Virus record (IMG/VR): IMGVR_UViG_3300043256_000282
Coordinates: 1-59,112 of that record
Origin: a virus
Taxonomy: Duplodnaviria; Caudoviricetes
Strand: one strand, 5' to 3'
DNA: 59,112 nucleotides
The notes beneath the pieces are model-generated. The model was not told the DNA's origin. It worked only from the letters and a program-made list of their open reading frames with translations, and made no database searches. This document shows positions 8,987-17,679 of this stretch, piece after piece (positions within the stretch are counted from its first letter, which is position 1; each line of letters begins with the position of its first letter). The position numbers and the translations under genes were made by a program.

Positions 8987-9159
8987 AACGATTGCTTCGG
9001 TGGATCACAAAGTTCCATTCGCGGCACTGCCAGCATCCACGGATGCTCGCAGATGTCTGTGAGGGGGACGCCCTTCCAACTCAAGTGCGGTGGTGTCCTG
9101 ATTGTGGGGCCGTGCAGGTCGATGAGTCCCACATTCGTTTGCCGGGGGAACCTCCATGA
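8983..9159 (+). CDS. Small zinc-ribbon-like protein (58 aa, below track cut-off)
   Basis: MKRLLRWITKFHSRHCQH...WCPDCGAV...; ATGA overlaps at both ends. Confidence 0.65.
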   Translation: MKRLLRWITKFHSRHCQHPRMLADVCEGDALPTQVRWCPDCGAVQVDESHIRLPGEPP

Positions 9160-9404
9160 TGCGCCAGATCGTGGAATGGCTGCCGGCGGCGATCCCGTTC
9201 CTGGCGATCGGAATGCTGTGCTGGTACGCCCACAGGCAGAATAAGCGAACCAAATTGATCAGCCGGGGGAAGTACGAGTTCGTGGAACAGATGCGCAGGG
9301 GAGCAGGCAAGGCCGCGATCCCATGGCGCGGCTCGTGGGCGAAGTACCTTGAGGACGTCGACACCCAGGAGGCGTTACTGTTCTACCGGAAGCGAGGCGG
9401 TTGA
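9156..9404 (+). CDS. Small membrane protein
   Basis: N-terminal hydrophobic helix WLPAAIPFLAIGMLCWY. Confidence 0.65.
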   Translation: MMRQIVEWLPAAIPFLAIGMLCWYAHRQNKRTKLISRGKYEFVEQMRRGAGKAAIPWRGSWAKYLEDVDTQEALLFYRKRGG

Positions 9405-9732
9405 TGAGGTGGCCGCGATGGGAGAAAAGGACAGGCTTTGACAACAGCCCGCCGGCGAAAGCCGACGAGCCGGATTCTCAGTGAAAAGTCTCCAGCAAGG
9501 GCGGCATAGTATTTGGTGATTCCCGGCCGCTGATCAAAGGCTCCACGAAACCAAGGGAGCCGTGCGAACGAGCGAAACAGTGAAAGAAATAATGCTCGTC
9601 TATCAAACAACACGCTCATTCAGAACAAATTCTCTTCGAATGAGCCCTGTCGACAGGGGGTCCATGTGCGCCCAACGAACGCAAATCTTCGCAACGCGTC
9701 AACACAACTCGTCAACTTGAGAGGACAAAACT

Positions 9733-10587
9733 ATGAACGGTGATCCACCGATCGATAACGCAACTGCGGCAGACGATCAGGCCGGACCCTTGTTGGAAAA
9801 TCTGCTCGATGATTTACGCGATCGATTCATGGCGCTGTTCCCTGGCATGGATCTGGATTCGGTTGAGATCACGTACGCGATCGCCGAAGTTGCCCGCCGC
9901 ATCGCCGTCGACATGCTCGAATCACCGGAATTCGCGCACCGCCTCGTCACGTTCATAAAGGCGTACAAACTCACCCTGTTCAGATCGCTCGAGTTCCAGG
10001 GAGCCTTCGAGACGAAGTTCGACGAAATGCTCCAGTACGACGAATTCAAAGCCCGAGTCGGCGAGATCGCATCGAACATGGTCGGGCAGAACACGTCGCT
10101 TCTACTGGAATCTGACGAGTTCCGCGCAAAGGTTTTAGAGATCGCCTGGCCTGATCTAAAAGAAGATCCATGCCACGACACCCTTGATCGACTTGCCAAA
10201 GCGGCTTTCCACACCGATCGCGCATTCTTTGAAGTGTTGGTGGAATCGGATGAATTCAAACGAGCCGTTCGATTCGAAGTTGACCGAGTAAGGGCCGGAT
10301 CAATGAAGGCGCTCGATGACTTCAAGCCGACGCCCATCACCGATCCCGCCGACGTCAAGGATGACGAAGAGGATATGAAGCGCCTTAGAGTGGCTTCCAA
10401 GGCAATCCATGATGCCTGCGATGATCCCGCCGACGTCGAAGAGGAAATCATCGAGATCGACGAAGCTGGAAACGTCACGCCGGTCGAATCCACCGTCCAC
10501 GCAAAGCCGGACGATACGAATCCAATGCCGATCGTCCGGTCGAAGAAGTGGGAATATCCCGGCGGCGTGAGCCGAGACGTCCCCTGA
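9733..10587 (+). CDS. Acidic helical protein with internal repeats
   Basis: GAGGA RBS; five copies of an (L)ESxEF-like motif. Confidence 0.75.
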   Translation: MNGDPPIDNATAADDQAGPLLENLLDDLRDRFMALFPGMDLDSVEITYAIAEVARRIAVDMLESPEFAHRLVTFIKAYKLTLFRSLEFQGAFETKFDEMLQYDEFKARVGEIASNMVGQNTSLLLESDEFRAKVLEIAWPDLKEDPCHDTLDRLAKAAFHTDRAFFEVLVESDEFKRAVRFEVDRVRAGSMKALDDFKPTPITDPADVKDDEEDMKRLRVASKAIHDACDDPADVEEEIIEIDEAGNVTPVESTVHAKPDDTNPMPIVRSKKWEYPGGVSRDVP

Positions 10588-10840
10588 GCAGTGGATAAAT
10601 ATGCCATAAATAGCCCATACTTGTCCGCGCCGTCCGTCCGACTTCAATCTCGCGCAATTTCGCGGTGAAAAATTCAGCCTATCCAATCAAACGTCGCTTC
10701 GAAACCACGTTTGTCCAAAGGAACGTAATGAGTGAATTCTGGACCGCAGCCGCCATTACCGCAGGACTGGTATTTTTCGCGAGAATAGTGGTGATCCTGA
10801 TTCGAAGGCCGCGGACTTGGAAGAGGGGCGTACGATCACC

Positions 10841-10913
10841 GCCACCGTAGCTCAGTCGGACAGAGCGCGGTCCCCTAAACCGTAGGTCGCAGGTTCGAAT
10901 CCTGCCGGTGGCG
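10841..10913 (+). tRNA. tRNA-Arg(CCT), no encoded CCA
   Basis: Acceptor gccaccg/cggtggc, D arm gctc/gagc, anticodon stem gcggt/accgt with loop CCCCTAA, T arm gcagg-TTCGAAT-cctgc. Confidence 0.9.
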
Positions 10914-10962
10914 TTTCTGTTTTTTTCTAATTCATGCTCGGGGACGTTACAGAGGGCTGACC

Positions 10963-11130
10963 ATGATGAAACTCAATGAAGCCAAAGAGAGCATCATTCG
11001 GAAATGGGATTGGTCCAACAACACAGACTACGGCCCGATCGGAGCAATAGTGCTAGGTCTCTTGCTCGCGCCAGTTCTTCTTGTGATCGGATATTTCTTT
11101 ATTGATTTTCTCGCTCGTATCGTGAAGTGA
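10963..11130 (+). CDS. Small membrane protein (55 aa)
   Basis: MMKLNEAKESIIRKWDWS...GAIVLGLLLAPVLLVIGYFFIDF; GAGGG RBS. Confidence 0.6.
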   Translation: MMKLNEAKESIIRKWDWSNNTDYGPIGAIVLGLLLAPVLLVIGYFFIDFLARIVK

Positions 11131-11149
11131 AAATAGGCTCGCTCACGCC

Positions 11150-11310
11150 GAAGAGGGGGGGGCAATAGCCAATACACCTCATCAACCTCCCGATCGCGCC
11201 CGCGGGGGGGAGCCCCCTGCCGGTTTCCGGCCATCTTCGCGCGCACCCGCGCACGTCCGCCCACCCGCGCACCCGCGCGCCCGCGAAATAACCCGCGCCC
11301 GCCCGCGTTT
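11150..11310. repeat. GC-rich CCCGCG short-repeat tract, candidate packaging/terminus region
   Basis: Seven CCCGCG copies (11199-11307) plus poly-G runs, in non-coding DNA. Confidence 0.55.
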
Positions 11311-11346
11311 CCTTGCCCGAGACCAATCCGGCCGATATCGTGTTCC

Positions 11347-11967
11347 ATGAGCAACAGTCGAATGGTGGGTGCCTCGATCGCCGATGCCGACCGCTTCGGC
11401 CGGTTGACCGACCTTGAACGGAAGCGGATCGCCGACGCGCTCACCTACGCCCGATCCGAACCGGCGCGGTTGCGCCCCTGGCTGAACGACGCCGAAGCGG
11501 CCACGTTGGACATGATGCGCCGCCTCCGCGCCGCCCATCACGACGCGGCGCCATCCGTGAGTCGGCTCGCGGAATACCTCGGTTGGACCCGTGATGCGGT
11601 CGTGGAACAGCTCGAAATGCTCCGGCACAAGGGATTCATTCGACGCGCCGAAGACTGTTCGATCTACCTCGAAACCGCCGAAGCTGTGGCGTTTCGTTGC
11701 TGTATGCCGTTGCTGATGCTGATGTTGGACCTGGCCGACATGGACCCGCGAGACCTCGCCGCCGGCCGCGACGTCCTCGCCCGACACCACGCAAATGCCC
11801 TGGATATTGCCCGGACAATCGCCCTTCTTGTGCCGCAAACGATGGTTACCGCGAACCAACGAGCGACCGGGAGCCTCTTCCATCGGTACGTGATCCCCCA
11901 GCGGTCCTTGCGCAATAAACCAGCCCCCCAGCCTAATCCACGACAATCCTCGGCCTTAGCTGCCTGA
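11347..11967 (+). CDS. Helix-turn-helix protein with LexA-like DNA-binding domain
   Basis: PSVSRLAEYLGWTRDAVVEQLEMLRHKGFIRR matches the LexA N-terminal wHTH pattern. Confidence 0.65.
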   Translation: MSNSRMVGASIADADRFGRLTDLERKRIADALTYARSEPARLRPWLNDAEAATLDMMRRLRAAHHDAAPSVSRLAEYLGWTRDAVVEQLEMLRHKGFIRRAEDCSIYLETAEAVAFRCCMPLLMLMLDLADMDPRDLAAGRDVLARHHANALDIARTIALLVPQTMVTANQRATGSLFHRYVIPQRSLRNKPAPQPNPRQSSALAA

Positions 11968-12123
11968 GCCTCAATGGCCCTCAGACGGCCTAGGGAGCGG
12001 CTGTAGCGGGCTGCAATTCTGACGGCTGTATCTCTGGCCACAGGGCCGGGAGCGACGTAGACTCAGGCTCCGGGGCTGGGACGACCGATCAACGACGACA
12101 ACATCAATCAGGAGACGAAGATC

Positions 12124-12396
12124 ATGCAAACGAAGAAATACGCTTTCGCTGTCGTCATGTGGCTACTTTTCATCACGTTCATCACGGCGGCCAGTTTGGT
12201 CAGTGCCGGCGAAGCGCGATCGGATGGGTATAGCATCGGCCCGGCGGCTCGAGTGGTCGGGATCGCCGCGCACGGGGAGTTTGACGGCACCGGCTCGACG
12301 ATCTACCGAGTGTGGAATGATGGGCTGGTCGAGGTGAACCGGGCGCGCTGCGACGGATGCGGCTGGGCCGGCTGGGTGATCGTGCCGGACGGCTGA
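12124..12396 (+). CDS. Small secreted or membrane-anchored protein
   Basis: AGGAG RBS; signal-peptide-like N-terminus. Confidence 0.7.
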   Translation: MQTKKYAFAVVMWLLFITFITAASLVSAGEARSDGYSIGPAARVVGIAAHGEFDGTGSTIYRVWNDGLVEVNRARCDGCGWAGWVIVPDG

Positions 12397-12958
12397 TTCA
12401 CTGATGCACGGCTGATTCACCGTTGATTCATGATAATTGACGATCGGGCGGCGTTTCGCTGGTCGATAGGTTGTTCGGATGCAAGCCTCGGCCCCGGAGC
12501 ATCCTCAACGGCGACGGCGAGCATTATCGCCACGCTTCGGATTGATCTGGAGCTGATCGCCTGTGAGGGTGCAAAGAGCGACGCGCCGGGAGCCGCTGCA
12601 AGGCTCGGCGCGTCGTTCGTCTAGACACGCCCGACAGGATGCGCGGCGGGCGACGATCTGTCAAATCGGGCGCGGCGAGCTGGGGCCCGGCAATCCCACG
12701 ATACCCCAGGAAACCCCAAGGCGACGGGCGTCGCTGCTTGGCTGCATAGGTCCTGCATGGATAGCGCCTGAATGTGCATAGCGCGGTCGGCGGACCCACG
12801 AAACCCCCTGGTCATGGCCTGAGAATCCCGAGTCCCGGCGCGCACTCTAAATTGGATCAAATCCGACGCGAAATTGGATCAAATCGGCAAGTATGCGGGC
12901 GACTGGTGACCGCGCCACGAGCGCGGGGAAAAACTTTCCAATTCGGCCGACTTTGTGC

Positions 12959-12987
12959 TTGACACGGTGGGCGGTCGAGCCGATGAT
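12959..12987 (+). promoter_or_regulatory. Sigma70-like early promoter
   Basis: TTGACA-17 nt-GATGAT upstream of the early-gene run. Confidence 0.6.
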
Positions 12988-13047
12988 GACTGCGGATAGC
13001 TCACCGAACCCCGACCCGACAATCCAACCACGCAGGAGCATGAAACC

Positions 13048-13413
13048 ATGAGCGGAACACGATTCCTCGACTTGCCCGATCTACCGGACAAGACGCACTA
13101 CGATGATCCACCGGCCACGGCCCGCAAGCCGAAAATCTGCGCGGCTCTGGAGACGATGATCCAGATGGCCGAGGAGACTCGTACCGCAATGGCCCACGGC
13201 CTCGCCGGCCATATCGGCAAAATCGGCACCGTCACGTTCGCCCAGCCGGGCGGCCAGTTCGTCCTATCGGTTGAAGTAATCGACGTACGCCGAGTCTACA
13301 ACCGGCTCGACTACCTCGTCTCGGTGCGAGACGCGAGCGACGACGATCCAAACGCCTCATGCGGCCAGGTCTGGATCGACGCCGCCCGATTCAATGAGCG
13401 CCGCGACGACTGA
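13048..13413 (+). CDS. Hypothetical early protein
   Basis: AGGAG RBS; followed by a hairpin at about 13427-13461. Confidence 0.7.
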   Translation: MSGTRFLDLPDLPDKTHYDDPPATARKPKICAALETMIQMAEETRTAMAHGLAGHIGKIGTVTFAQPGGQFVLSVEVIDVRRVYNRLDYLVSVRDASDDDPNASCGQVWIDAARFNERRDD

Positions 13414-13509
13414 CCATCCATCCGACACCGCCCCGGCGCCTGATCGCGCCGCGGGCGGTTTGCTTATTTGCTCACCACCGACACCACCCCATTGCGAAAG
13501 GATCGCAGA

Positions 13510-13911
13510 ATGACCACGGAAGCGAGAACCCGCAAACCCCTGTCCGCAGCCGAGCGCAAGGCCCGCGCGGACCGTGCAGCCGAGCGCTGGGCGGCCGCAC
13601 TGAACCGGGCCGTATCCGGCCAGAGCTTGGCAAACTACGGTCTAATCTTCGACGGCTTCATGGCCCAAGGCATCGGCGAAGATGAGATCGAACCCCGCGT
13701 GAACGTATTCACTTGGGGCGCTTGGAAGGCCAAGGGCCGGCAGCCTCGGCGCGACGAGCGCGAGAACTTCGTCACCGTCCAGACTTGGCGGCCGGTATTC
13801 GGCGACGTTGAACAGCGCGACGGATCGACCCGCAAGGGAAAGACCGGCATGGTGCCGACCACGGCCAAGGTCTTTCACGTCACGCAGACCGAGCCAATGG
13901 TAGCCGCGTGA
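13510..13911 (+). CDS. ArdC-like N-terminal ssDNA-binding (antirestriction-type) protein
   Basis: IEPRVNVFTWGAWKAKGRQPRRDE...VFHVTQTE matches the ArdC N-terminal pattern; early position. Confidence 0.75.
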   Translation: MTTEARTRKPLSAAERKARADRAAERWAAALNRAVSGQSLANYGLIFDGFMAQGIGEDEIEPRVNVFTWGAWKAKGRQPRRDERENFVTVQTWRPVFGDVEQRDGSTRKGKTGMVPTTAKVFHVTQTEPMVAA

Positions 13912-13998
13912 GAATCGCGGCCTAACCCGGCGCGGTCGGGATCATCCGCTCGGCCGCGCCATTTGACCAACACCCCCAACCACGGAGTAACCACCACA

Positions 13999-14355
13999 AT
14001 GACAACTGCAACAATGGAGCGCAACTGGACGAGCGTTGGCGCGGAGCACAACGGCACAGATTCTCAACGTGTCCGGCTGGCGGCTATGTTCGATCGGCTG
14101 GAATGGAAGCCGATCGTCGCCGGCGAACAAGTAGCGATGATGCCAGCGCTCGGCATCCGCGCTGCCATCGACGAGCTACGCATCCCCAAGGCATCGCACT
14201 ACGCGATCAGCAACGAAATGGCGCCGTATGGCTTGTACGGAATCTGGGGCCACTACAAGAACGGATGCGCCGAGGTCTACGTCTGCGATGAGGGTACGCG
14301 GCTGGTCGTGCTGGCCTCAGACTTCCATCCGAATAATGACGGGGGTGCGACATGA
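13999..14355 (+). CDS. Hypothetical early protein
   Basis: GGAG RBS; part of an overlapping operon. Confidence 0.7.
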   Translation: MTTATMERNWTSVGAEHNGTDSQRVRLAAMFDRLEWKPIVAGEQVAMMPALGIRAAIDELRIPKASHYAISNEMAPYGLYGIWGHYKNGCAEVYVCDEGTRLVVLASDFHPNNDGGAT

Positions 14356-14678
14356 CCCCGGACGTAAAGTACGCAATCGACGCTGACAAGATCGCCAAAG
14401 CGATCTTGGCGATGGTTCCGGACCTTGGACCGTCCTATGAGGGCGCTTTGGCATTCGGAATGCTGCCAGCGCCGCTCATGGAATTGTTGGATCAGCAGTT
14501 GACCCGCAAGGCCGAAGAAATCATCGACGCCAAATATGGGCGAGTCGATCCGGCGAAATACCCCAGCATCGCGGGATTCTGGCTGCCGGCGCGAGCCAAG
14601 TTCATCAAGGATTTTGTGCGCGAGTGCTCCAAGCTGGTTTCGACCGCCATGTATCGCCACGCTGATATGGTCGTTTGA
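14352..14678 (+). CDS. Hypothetical early protein
   Basis: ATGA overlap. Confidence 0.7.
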   Translation: MTPDVKYAIDADKIAKAILAMVPDLGPSYEGALAFGMLPAPLMELLDQQLTRKAEEIIDAKYGRVDPAKYPSIAGFWLPARAKFIKDFVRECSKLVSTAMYRHADMVV

Positions 14679-14753
14679 CCGACACCCCCCAGCGCCCAGC
14701 TTCCCGCCCGGCGCTGACTTGCACCCTCATCCTAACCCACGGAGGTATCAGTT

Positions 14754-15347
14754 ATGGCAACACCCCTACATGCTCATCCAAGTGACGGCAGCTTCTACCC
14801 GGATTGTCCCCGTTGTCGCATGGAACGCGCCGCACCGGAACTGCTGGACGCCTGCAAGCTCGCTGTGAGAAACACCGAAAGAGCGATCGGCGATCCGACT
14901 ATGTTTCTACCGATCCGTTACGCCGCTCAAGCCGCCGTCGCCAAGGCCGAAGCGCCCGACGCCGGCGAAACAACGCCGGCCACACCGCCCGCGCCGGAAC
15001 CGTTCGAAGGCAACGCGCCAGACAAATCGGACCTACTAGCAGCAGCCGAGGAAGTGATGCACTGTATCGAGACGATGGATGATCCCAAGGGCCATCTTAT
15101 CGACACCGACGACAATCCCGGCGAACGGCTGCGTAAGGTCATTGCGCGACATCGGCTTTATGAAGCGCGGCCGGAAGTGCGAGAGTGGCTTGACGATACG
15201 GGCGTCCGGGTTCGCAAGGTCCTGATCGCACAGTTCGGCAGCTTCCCGCCATTCACGCTACACGTCGGGGACTCTAACCTTGAGGCACGGCCCGAATCTA
15301 TCGGAAACGACGCCAACGGCGGCGTTGGCAAGATGGAAGCAACTTGA
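14754..15347 (+). CDS. Hypothetical early protein with AAPELL motif
   Basis: GGAGG RBS; CPRC and AAPELLDACK, a motif common in phage early proteins. Confidence 0.75.
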   Translation: MATPLHAHPSDGSFYPDCPRCRMERAAPELLDACKLAVRNTERAIGDPTMFLPIRYAAQAAVAKAEAPDAGETTPATPPAPEPFEGNAPDKSDLLAAAEEVMHCIETMDDPKGHLIDTDDNPGERLRKVIARHRLYEARPEVREWLDDTGVRVRKVLIAQFGSFPPFTLHVGDSNLEARPESIGNDANGGVGKMEAT

Positions 15348-15583
15348 CCACCTACCAAATCATCGCCGAGGAACCGTTTGCCATCACGCGCAAGCTATAC
15401 AACCGTCTCGGAACGTACATGCAGCAAGCGAGCGTGACGTTGCCCGCAGGCCGAGTGGTCGGCAACTGGCCGACTCAATTCTTGGCCGACCGCCACGCGG
15501 CGAAGATGCGCAAGCGCTATCAGCAACGGTTCACCGTGCGCTCAAGCGACAAGTCCTACAAGCCAAGGATTCACACCCAATGA
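15344..15583 (+). CDS. Hypothetical protein
   Basis: TTGA overlap with upstream stop. Confidence 0.6.
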   Translation: MTTYQIIAEEPFAITRKLYNRLGTYMQQASVTLPAGRVVGNWPTQFLADRHAAKMRKRYQQRFTVRSSDKSYKPRIHTQ

Positions 15584-15810
15584 ATAACGCAGACTTTATA
15601 GCGCAACAGCACCACGCCTACCGCACACACATTTCAACCACCGCCGACTCGATGGAACAACTGCGCGCGACCGACGTTGATCGGCTGGTGATTGAATTGC
15701 CCAAGGCGTTTGCATCGGCGAGTTTTCTGCGCTGGCTGCTCACACATGACGATCTATCGAAGCGCGCACGCGCGGAAGCGACGGCGTTGTTGGCTTTCGC
15801 CGAACATTGA
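15580..15810 (+). CDS. Hypothetical protein
   Basis: ATGA overlap. Confidence 0.6.
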   Translation: MNNADFIAQQHHAYRTHISTTADSMEQLRATDVDRLVIELPKAFASASFLRWLLTHDDLSKRARAEATALLAFAEH

Positions 15811-15834
15811 CTCTAACCCAGGAGACTATGACCA

Positions 15835-16176
15835 ATGACGACCGAGACGACGACACACAGCGAGATCGGCAAGCAACTTGAACGATTGACAAACCATCGC
15901 CGGCGCGTGCAAGAGATTGACCACGTGCTGCGCTGGGTTGATGAACGCAAACGCGGGCTATCATCAGCGAACGAGATCACATGCAACGCCGAGTTTCGGC
16001 GCAAGCATACTTCCACCAAGCCGAACCAATATTCCCAAATTGCCAAGTTGCCGCCAAGCATGTACCCGGCAGTGTTGCTGTTGGCCAAGGATCACTGGGC
16101 TGGCATGATTCTGCCGCTGGAAGCATGGCTCGACGCGCGCAAGATTGAACACGTGGAATCGGCGAAGCCTGACTGA
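15835..16176 (+). CDS. Hypothetical protein
   Basis: AGGAG RBS upstream. Confidence 0.65.
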   Translation: MTTETTTHSEIGKQLERLTNHRRRVQEIDHVLRWVDERKRGLSSANEITCNAEFRRKHTSTKPNQYSQIAKLPPSMYPAVLLLAKDHWAGMILPLEAWLDARKIEHVESAKPD

Positions 16177-16210
16177 ATCTCCTCCGTGGACGGCGCAGGG
16201 GTGCGCCGAT

Positions 16211-16242
16211 GATCGGGGCGCGAAAGCGCCTCGGTCGTTTTT
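16211..16242 (+). terminator. Intrinsic terminator
   Basis: gatcggggcgc-GAAA-gcgcctcggtc followed by a T-tract. Confidence 0.8.
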
Positions 16243-16282
16243 CTCTGTTTCCCTCATGGCTTGACAACATGGAGCAACAACA

Positions 16283-16717
16283 ATGACCAATGCAACCGCG
16301 ACGGAACCCCTAGCCGACGTGCAGGAAGGGGATAGCGTTATCCGGGAACGTTCCGATCCCCCCTTTACGACATTAGATCACGTAACACGGAGAACGACTC
16401 AACTGTTCTGGATAGGCCCCGTCAGCTACCGATTTACGGGACTCCCAGCAAATAACAAATGGGCGCACCATGTGATACGACTTCCCAAGCCTGGCGAGGT
16501 TCTTGGGTTGCAAGTTGCCCAACGGGAGAAGGCCCGGCAGCGCACCGAATCCGGCAAACAGTACAGCCGCAAGCGCGAACGCTACATCGCCCTGATCTAC
16601 GCCGCGGCGCGGGCCGGCGAACGTGACACATTCATCGACTTGCTCGGCCATTGGGAAACCGGGAATTGGGATGATGACCTTGACAGGATCGACGCCGCAA
16701 ACCAATCGGAAGGATGA
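16283..16717 (+). CDS. Hypothetical protein
   Basis: GGAG RBS; 144 aa. Confidence 0.7.
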   Translation: MTNATATEPLADVQEGDSVIRERSDPPFTTLDHVTRRTTQLFWIGPVSYRFTGLPANNKWAHHVIRLPKPGEVLGLQVAQREKARQRTESGKQYSRKRERYIALIYAAARAGERDTFIDLLGHWETGNWDDDLDRIDAANQSEG

Positions 16718-16721
16718 CACG

Positions 16722-16997
16722 ATGGAAAGCTACACGTTTCGATGCGTGAACGACGATTGTGAATATCACGACATGCCGATCAGCGGCATCACAATGCAGA
16801 AAGTCATCGACGATGGCGGGCCGATCTGCGGGCTGTGCGGGGATGACCTTGAGCTTGTCGGTCCGGATCATGGGTTCGAGGCTGACCAAGTTGGACTCAG
16901 GGCGGCCGAGCGAGACGAGCGACGCAACCGGCCAACCGCCTACGGCCCGGTGCCGGGGCCGCCGGTCAATCCCCGCGATGCCCACCCGGCTTCGTGA
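16722..16997 (+). CDS. Small zinc-ribbon protein
   Basis: CVNDDC...CGLCG motifs. Confidence 0.65.
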   Translation: MESYTFRCVNDDCEYHDMPISGITMQKVIDDGGPICGLCGDDLELVGPDHGFEADQVGLRAAERDERRNRPTAYGPVPGPPVNPRDAHPAS

Positions 16998-17175
16998 GCG
17001 CGCGCTCTTTTGCGGCCAATTCAACCGGCCCTTGCAACCGCTGAATCGAACGCATCAGTTCGTCAGAGACGTCGCTGTGCCATTGCTTCGACATGCGGGC
17101 GTGGTTGCGCTCGATCGAAGCGAACATGATCCTGAGCTTGCGGAGCTTGCCGGCGAGCAGCGGGGGAACGGCCAT
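16966..17175 (-). CDS. Hypothetical protein
   Basis: 69 aa, 3 nt downstream of another minus-strand ORF. Confidence 0.5.
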   Translation of the reverse strand: MAVPPLLAGKLRKLRIMFASIERNHARMSKQWHSDVSDELMRSIQRLQGPVELAAKERALTKPGGHRGD

Positions 17176-17178
17176 CGC

Positions 17179-17364
17179 TTATCTCTTTCGCCGCCGCTTC
17201 ATGCGATGACGCTTGGCGGCATGGGCTGAGTTGCGGATTCGCGCCGATGCCGCGGCTGCCCCCTTGGTATCCGATTCGCCGACCACGCGCCCGCCTGCTC
17301 GCTCGACGATCTTCCACGGCTTGCCGCGCTCGTTGCCTCGCTTGGCTCGAACCATCACTGGCAT
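17179..17364 (-). CDS. Small basic protein
   Basis: 61 aa, ends HRMKRRRKR; divergent from the promoter at 17480. Confidence 0.6.
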   Translation of the reverse strand: MPVMVRAKRGNERGKPWKIVERAGGRVVGESDTKGAAAASARIRNSAHAAKRHRMKRRRKR

Positions 17365-17479
17365 ACGGTGAATGTCGGTCCGCGCGACAGGAAAATCTGA
17401 AAAAGGCGAAAATCGTGCCCTGGCGCTTCAAGGGCCGGGACGGATCGAGCCGATGGAGGGGAGCGGAAAAAGTTTCCAC

Positions 17480-17508
17480 TTGACAGCCAACGTGGAATCT
17501 GCTACCCT
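17480..17508 (+). promoter_or_regulatory. Sigma70-like promoter
   Basis: TTGACA-17 nt-TACCCT with an extended -10 TG. Confidence 0.6.
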
Positions 17509-17556
17509 CCCATTGCTCACCGAAATCTCCAAAACTCATCAACGCAGGAGCATAAG

Positions 17557-17679
17557 ATGACAGCCAAACAGCCCTGGTTCACAGTGGATCGGGCAGGTCT
17601 CGCAAAAATCGTGGCTGACAGGGGCAAGGGAGCGGTGATCGCCATCGGCCCGGTTGAGATTGGAGTTGCCAAGACGTGA
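17557..17679 (+). CDS. Short ORF (40 aa), possible gene remnant
   Basis: AGGAG RBS; MTAKQPWFTVDRAGLAKIVADRGKGAVIAIGPVEIGVAKT. Confidence 0.5.
   Translation: MTAKQPWFTVDRAGLAKIVADRGKGAVIAIGPVEIGVAKT

Noticed and set aside
10871-10880. Amber-suppressor (CTA) reading of the tRNA, implying genetic-code reassignment
   Set aside because: Stem pairing centres CCT in the loop, the D-loop is Arg-like, and many intact genes end in TAG.
12389-12885. CRISPR mini-array
   Set aside because: Repeats are only 13-15 bp in two copies, without regular unique spacers; no cas operon (the Cas4-like gene belongs to the RecT module).
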